Part shown: in pieces, positions 58,988 to 64,000 of the stretch
How the letters are laid out: every line of letters starts with the position of its first letter
Numbering within the stretch: position 1 is the first letter of the stretch
Assembly (NCBI GenBank): GCA_029882395.1
Contig: JAOUKT010000001.1
Span: 159-64,158 of the forward strand
Origin: Gammaproteobacteria bacterium
Lineage (GTDB): Bacteria; Pseudomonadota; Gammaproteobacteria; SZUA-229
Direction: 5' to 3'
DNA: 64,000 bases
Notes under the pieces: generated by a model
The model's database searches: none
The model's input: only the letters and a program-made list of their open reading frames with translations
Told to the model about the DNA's origin: nothing
Translations under genes and position numbers: made by a program

Positions 58988-60963
58988 TAGACTCTTACCT
59001 CGGCTGCAGCAGCCGCTGTTTGTTTTTGTTTAATACGTAGCCGCCTATAGCGCCGGTCAGTCGATGCCAGCAAAGCACCAAGCCCCATAATCACAGCGCC
59101 AATCCAGATCCAGCGTATAAAAGGCTTCACATACAGGCGCACGCTCCACGCGCCTTTCTGATCTAACGGCTCACCTAAGGCTACAAAAAGATCGCGTGTA
59201 ATACCGGCGTTAATTGCCGCTTCCGTCATTGGCATTTTCTGCACCCGGTAAATACGCTTTTGCGGCTCCATCACCTGCAATAGCTGATTACCTTTGAAGA
59301 CCTTTACCCGGGCCTGATTAGCCGTATAGTTTGGGCCCTGCAACTGGCTAACACCTTCAAATTCAAATGTATACTCACCCAGCTGATAGCTCTGCCCGGG
59401 CTCCAGCCTGACGTCTTTTTCCTGGCTGTACAAGCTGGTTAATGTAATGCCGACAATAAAAACAGCAACCCCCATATGCGCCATTGTCATGCCATAAAAA
59501 CTTCTTGGAATCTCTGATAAAGCTGGCAACAGGCTTTTATTTCGATTAATCCTGGAGACAAACAGGCGTAATGCAGAGAAGCATACCCAGACAGACAACA
59601 GCAGACCAAGTGATGCTGCCGCTTTGAATTCAGGTAATGCCAGCGACAAAACAGCTGCCACCGCAATGGCGGCCAGCGCCGTTATCTTTATGCTGGAGAA
59701 AACCCGATGCGTTGTATCATGTTTCCAGCGTGTAAAAATACCCACTCCTAACAATACAGCCAGTGGAGCCATTAAAGGCACAAAGACACTATTGAAATAA
59801 GGCGGGCCTACGGAAATTTTCCCCATGCCTAATGCATCTAATAAAAGAGGATACAGCGTACCCAGCAGGATGCTAGCCGTGGCAACCACAAGTAACACAT
59901 TATTCATTAACAAGGCTGTTTCTTTTGAAAACAGGCTAAACTGTGTCGTGGTTTTTATCTGCGGTGCACGCCATGCATAAAGCGCCAGTGAACCGCCAAT
60001 CACAATAACAAGGAAGATAAGAATAAAAACACCGCGTGCCGGATCAGTTGCAAAAGCATGCACCGATGTCAGTACGCCGGAACGCACCAGAAATGTACCT
60101 AACAAGCTTAACGAAAAGGCCAGTATAGCCAGCAACACAGTCCATGCTTTAAAGGCATTGCGTTTTTCGGTCACCGCTAAAGAATGAATCAGAGCGGTAC
60201 CCACCAGCCATGGCATAAATGAGGCATTCTCAACCGGATCCCAGAACCACCAGCCGCCCCAGCCAAGCTCGTAATAGGCCCACCAGCTTCCCAGAGTAAT
60301 ACCAATTGTCAGAAATACCCACGCAATGTTTGTCCAGGGCCGCGACCATCTGGCCCAGGCCGCATCCAGCTGACCACCTAGCATGGCCGCAATGGCAAAT
60401 GCAAACGGTACCGCAAAACCAACATAACCGAAATATAACATCGGCGGGTGAAATGCCAGACCGGGATCTTGCAGCAGAGGATTCAAATCCCTGCCTTCTA
60501 ATGCTGCCGGTAACAGGCGTTCAAAGGGATTTGATGTTAACAGCATGAATAATAAAAAGCCGATACTGATCCATCCCAACACAGCAACAACCCGGGCCAC
60601 CATTTTTGCCGGTAAACTGGCTGAAAAAAGAATGACCGCATTAGTCCAGATAACTAGCGTGTAACCCCACAATAACAAAGAGCCTTCATGCGCGCCCCAG
60701 ACCGCCGATATACGGTATAGCAGCGGCAGATCTGTATTAGAGTTATTGGCCACATAGGCGACTGAAAAATCACTGATAATAAAAGAGTAAACCAGAATAG
60801 CGAAGGAGATTGTCATGAAAAAGAACTGTCCCTGAGCAGATGTCTTTGCCACCGCCATCAGGTTAAGGTTGTTTGTCATAGCGCCCCAGAGTGGTACAAC
60901 AGCCTGAAAAAAAGCCATGCAAAGAGCCAGTATTAATGCGAAATGTCCTATTTCTGGAAGCAT
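58987..60963 (-). CDS. ccmF: Cytochrome c-type biogenesis heme lyase CcmF
   Basis: 658 aa polytopic protein; WWAYYELGWGGWWFWDPVENASFMPW (WWD domain). Confidence 0.95.
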   Translation of the reverse strand: MLPEIGHFALILALCMAFFQAVVPLWGAMTNNLNLMAVAKTSAQGQFFFMTISFAILVYSFIISDFSVAYVANNSNTDLPLLYRISAVWGAHEGSLLLWGYTLVIWTNAVILFSASLPAKMVARVVAVLGWISIGFLLFMLLTSNPFERLLPAALEGRDLNPLLQDPGLAFHPPMLYFGYVGFAVPFAFAIAAMLGGQLDAAWARWSRPWTNIAWVFLTIGITLGSWWAYYELGWGGWWFWDPVENASFMPWLVGTALIHSLAVTEKRNAFKAWTVLLAILAFSLSLLGTFLVRSGVLTSVHAFATDPARGVFILIFLVIVIGGSLALYAWRAPQIKTTTQFSLFSKETALLMNNVLLVVATASILLGTLYPLLLDALGMGKISVGPPYFNSVFVPLMAPLAVLLGVGIFTRWKHDTTHRVFSSIKITALAAIAVAAVLSLALPEFKAAASLGLLLSVWVCFSALRLFVSRINRNKSLLPALSEIPRSFYGMTMAHMGVAVFIVGITLTSLYSQEKDVRLEPGQSYQLGEYTFEFEGVSQLQGPNYTANQARVKVFKGNQLLQVMEPQKRIYRVQKMPMTEAAINAGITRDLFVALGEPLDQKGAWSVRLYVKPFIRWIWIGAVIMGLGALLASTDRRYRRLRIKQKQTAAAAAEVRV

Positions 60964-61134
60964 TTATTTACCTTTTTATTTAGAGTTATCATTTAATCGC
61001 AGCCTGTTGTCATCACTTTAATTGTTCAGCGTGCATGTTCTCGTTTCTCATACAAGTTTACGCGGACACATGCTTCAATTTTGGAACAAAACCCCCTTAA
61101 CAAATAGGGCTTATCGCATGCAGCAAGCATTTAT

Positions 61135-61572
61135 TTACTTTAAAGCCTGCTTTTTTGCTTTCATGCTGTCGGCCACTTCCGGAGGCATATAGTTTTCATC
61201 GTGTTTTGCCAGAACTTCTTCGGCTTCAAAAATACCATCTTCACGTAAATGTCCTTTTGAAACAATGCCCTGCCCCTCGCGAAACAGATCAGGCAGGATG
61301 CCGTTATAATATACAGTGATCACAGACTCATTATCAGTCAGGTCAAAATAAGCAGCCAGACTTTTTTCCTTGCGTTTAAAACTGCCATCGACAACCATTC
61401 CGCCCAGTCGAAAAGCTTTTTTCGCAGGTGATTTACCCGCCTTTACATCCGTCACCGAAAAAAAGAACATCAGGTTTTCATTAAATGCTTTTAAGGCAAA
61501 ACTAGTGGCGATAGCTATACCCACTACCATTATCGAAATTAAAAAGACTCTCTTCTTCCTGGTCGGTGTCAT
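61135..61572 (-). CDS. ccmE: Cytochrome c-type biogenesis heme chaperone CcmE
   Basis: 145 aa; N-terminal TM, OB-fold, heme-binding region …VLAKHDENYMPPEV (H in HxxxY). Confidence 0.9.
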   Translation of the reverse strand: MTPTRKKRVFLISIMVVGIAIATSFALKAFNENLMFFFSVTDVKAGKSPAKKAFRLGGMVVDGSFKRKEKSLAAYFDLTDNESVITVYYNGILPDLFREGQGIVSKGHLREDGIFEAEEVLAKHDENYMPPEVADSMKAKKQALK

Positions 61573-61775
61573 TTAAGTTGCTCCGCTCGTTTGATTTTTT
61601 TTGCTAATTTATTCAGCATCGATTTGCGCTGATAGACAGGCAATATAATATTGCTGATCAAAACAACCGCTGCGATACCATAAGATAGCCAGACATAAAA
61701 GCCATAGCCGCCCATATGAAAAAACTCTTTCATGCTTGCGATTCCTTGTTCTGTTTTAATAATTCTTTCACCCAC
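61569..61775 (-). CDS. ccmD: Heme exporter protein CcmD
   Basis: Small single-TM protein (…EFFHMGGYGFYVWLSYGIAAVVLI…) resembling E. coli CcmD (…NEFFAMGGYAFFVWLAV…). It overlaps ccmC and ccmE by 4 bp each; the exact start is uncertain. Confidence 0.7.
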   Translation of the reverse strand: MGERIIKTEQGIASMKEFFHMGGYGFYVWLSYGIAAVVLISNIILPVYQRKSMLNKLAKKIKRAEQLK

Positions 61776-62482
61776 TGGCTGTTACGTTCACGTTCCAGCA
61801 ACTCAACTCGCACGCGTAAAAACAGCGACCAGACATAATAGACTTTAAACGCAACAGCCATGATTAATAGCGGAACCAGCATTCTCAGGTCAATCGAAGG
61901 TTTGTCGAACTTTGTCACCGTTGGCCCTTGATGCAGCGTGTTCCACCATTCAACAGAGTAATGGATGATGGGGATATTAACCACTCCAACCAGCGCTAAC
62001 AACGCCACCGCGCGGCTGGCGACTCTTTTATCTGGTATGGCAACATAAAGAGACATTACCCCAAGATATAAAAACAATAACAACAGTTCGGCTGTTAAGC
62101 GTGCGTCCCAAACCCACCAGGCCCCCCACATGGGTTTGCCCCAGAGCGATCCGGTTACCAATGCCAGCAAGGTAAAACCAGCACCAATCGGAGCACTGCA
62201 GACGGCCACGGTTTCAGCCAGTTTGATCCGCCAGATTAAACCGATGGCACCAGCGCCTGCCATGGCGATATATATAAACAGCGACATCCATGCTGCCGGC
62301 ACATGAATGTAAATAATGCGGTAGCTTTCACCTTGCTGATAGTCTGTTGGTGCGTATATCAGGCCACCATATAACCCGGCCATTAACAACAGCAGGGTTA
62401 TCATGCCCAGCCAGGGTATCCATAAACCACTCAGGTGATAAAAATACGGTGGCGAGGCCGTTTTATGAATGAATTTCATCAT
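61730..62482 (-). CDS. ccmC: Heme exporter protein CcmC
   Basis: 250 aa; six TM helices; WGKPMWGAWWVWDARLT (WWD). Confidence 0.9.
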   Translation of the reverse strand: MMKFIHKTASPPYFYHLSGLWIPWLGMITLLLLMAGLYGGLIYAPTDYQQGESYRIIYIHVPAAWMSLFIYIAMAGAGAIGLIWRIKLAETVAVCSAPIGAGFTLLALVTGSLWGKPMWGAWWVWDARLTAELLLLFLYLGVMSLYVAIPDKRVASRAVALLALVGVVNIPIIHYSVEWWNTLHQGPTVTKFDKPSIDLRMLVPLLIMAVAFKVYYVWSLFLRVRVELLERERNSQWVKELLKQNKESQA

Positions 62483-62483
62483 A

Positions 62484-63167
62484 TCAACTTAAACTCAGTT
62501 TCAGGGCTGCAGCAGTCGGCCACGGCGTTAAGGTAATGGCTAATAATAAAAATGAACTTAATATCCATAGTTGTGCTGTAACAGGCAAACCAGACATTGC
62601 CATTTCTATGGCATTGGTTGCAAAAATAAGTACCGGTACATAGAACGGTAACACCAGTAATGACAATAAAATACCGCCACGTTTAAGACCGACTGTTAAT
62701 GCAATCGCCACGGCGCCAATCAGACTTAATACCGGTGTGCCTAACAACAAGGTTAAAACAAGTAGACCAATCAAGTCTTGATCAAGACCAAGAAATAACG
62801 CTAAAAGTGGCGCAATGATCATTAATGGCACACCTGTTATCAGCCAGTGAGCCAGCACCTTTGCCAGCACCAGAATACTGGTGGGGTGTGCATTCAATAA
62901 CAATAACTCTAAGGAGCCGTCTTCGAAATCTGAACGGAAAATGGTATCCAGCGATAACATGGCCGCCAGTAATGCCGCCACCCAGATGATGCCCGGCGCC
63001 ATTGTCTGCAAAAGTTTAGTATCAGCCCCCGTACCAAGTGGAAACAAGGTCACGACTAATACAAAAAACAACAGCGGATTGAACAATTCGGCACGGTGGC
63101 GAAACGCCAGCAACAGGTCGCGTTTTAATAACGCAAAAAACACTTGTGATAATGTGGTTTTTTTCAT
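62484..63167 (-). CDS. ccmB: Heme exporter permease CcmB
   Basis: 227 aa; six TM helices; sits between ccmA and ccmC. Confidence 0.85.
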   Translation of the reverse strand: MKKTTLSQVFFALLKRDLLLAFRHRAELFNPLLFFVLVVTLFPLGTGADTKLLQTMAPGIIWVAALLAAMLSLDTIFRSDFEDGSLELLLLNAHPTSILVLAKVLAHWLITGVPLMIIAPLLALFLGLDQDLIGLLVLTLLLGTPVLSLIGAVAIALTVGLKRGGILLSLLVLPFYVPVLIFATNAIEMAMSGLPVTAQLWILSSFLLLAITLTPWPTAAALKLSLS

Positions 63168-63802
63168 TGGCTAAGGCTCAGCTTTGTCACTTTGTCACTG
63201 TCAAATGAAACGCTATGATGTGATGTCATGATAACCAGCCCTCCCTGGTCAAGCTGTGCATTAATCTCTCTCTCAACCATCGCAATGCCTTTTTTATCGA
63301 GTGCCGTGAATGGCTCATCCAGAATCCATAACCGGGCACCTGATAATAACAAACGCGCCAGTGCCAGTCGACGTCTCTGGCCCGCTGATAAATTAGAAAC
63401 CTGCAAATCATCAAAATAGCTCAAGCCTACCCGTTCTAGCACTTCTTTAATTGTACTGCTATTGCCCAGTGCTAATGAACAAGAAAACTCAAGGTTTTCG
63501 GTTACCGTCAAATCCAGTTTATTGCCATCGAGATGCCCCAGAAAGGCCATATCGCCTGCGTAGCTCTCCTGACCATGCACGGAGACAGCAGTTTTTTTAT
63601 CGTTGTTAGTTCTTTGCCAGATAACATGACCGTGTTCTGGCAGGCGAATGCCACACAGAATACGTAGTAATGACGTTTTACCGCTGCCATTGTCCCCTTC
63701 TACCAGCAATAACTGGCCAGGGTACAAATCAATATTGACTTTGCTAAACAATATTCGGTCATCTCTGATACAACCCAAATCACGAACTTCGAGGGACACC
63801 AT
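63164..63802 (-). CDS. ccmA: Cytochrome c biogenesis ATP-binding export protein CcmA
   Basis: Walker A GDNGSGKTSLLR, LSAGQRRRLALARL, Walker B LWILDEP. Confidence 0.85.
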   Translation of the reverse strand: MVSLEVRDLGCIRDDRILFSKVNIDLYPGQLLLVEGDNGSGKTSLLRILCGIRLPEHGHVIWQRTNNDKKTAVSVHGQESYAGDMAFLGHLDGNKLDLTVTENLEFSCSLALGNSSTIKEVLERVGLSYFDDLQVSNLSAGQRRRLALARLLLSGARLWILDEPFTALDKKGIAMVEREINAQLDQGGLVIMTSHHSVSFDSDKVTKLSLSQ

Positions 63803-64000
63803 ATTTTTTATTATTCTCTGTTAAGTGTTATGTCCATATGTCACCCTGAAGTTAACACATCCTTTTAAGTACATCAAAACTCCTCATGAAATTTATTCTG
63901 CTTTCTTAATCTGTATTAATTTGATGACAGGCTTTTTTGCTCAATGCATTCTACTGCGTTGGCATCAGGGTCACGACAAAACAACGCTTTGCGGCCTGAC

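Noticed and set aside
1-64000. CRISPR arrays, restriction-modification, toxin-antitoxin or other defence systems, transposases and integrases.
   Set aside because: No evenly spaced direct repeats, no methyltransferase or restriction motifs, and no transposase or integrase signatures were seen anywhere in the window.

Overview
This is a 64 kb chromosomal segment of a gammaproteobacterium, roughly 45% GC by eye. It is mostly core genome, and the gene order around pst and rpsF resembles Pseudomonas-type arrangements. I see no integrase, transposase or CRISPR array; all protein identities are from recalled family signatures, not from a search. The left end carries a complete Pho regulon on the minus strand (phoB-phoR-pstS-pstC-pstA-pstB-phoU). 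PstC and PstA are the long forms, and there are readable Pho boxes upstream of phoB, pstS and pstC. Housekeeping genes follow: tilS, accA, truD, uvrB, an aspartate aminotransferase, tRNA-Asn, fdxA, alr, dnaB, rpsF-rpsR-(DUF2232 membrane protein)-rplI, rluB, moaB, scpAB, trpS, yciO/yciB/yciI, tRNA-Leu, dbpA, cspA, and a tightly overlapping ccmABCDEFGHI operon at the right end. The accessory content is dominated by signalling and c-di-GMP genes. These are a SiaABCD-like partner-switching module with a GGDEF cyclase in permuted order, a RegB/RegA (RoxS/RoxR)-type redox two-component system, a PhnD-like binding protein coupled to a PAS hybrid histidine kinase, a PilZ protein, an HD-GYP response regulator, an orphan OmpR-type regulator, and a PEP-CTERM protein. 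The most unusual item is a predicted CheW-domain / transmembrane helix / LysM fusion protein. A stand-alone AddB-like iron-staple nuclease co-oriented with fdxA, and two palindrome-rich intergenic regions flanking regBA, are also worth follow-up.
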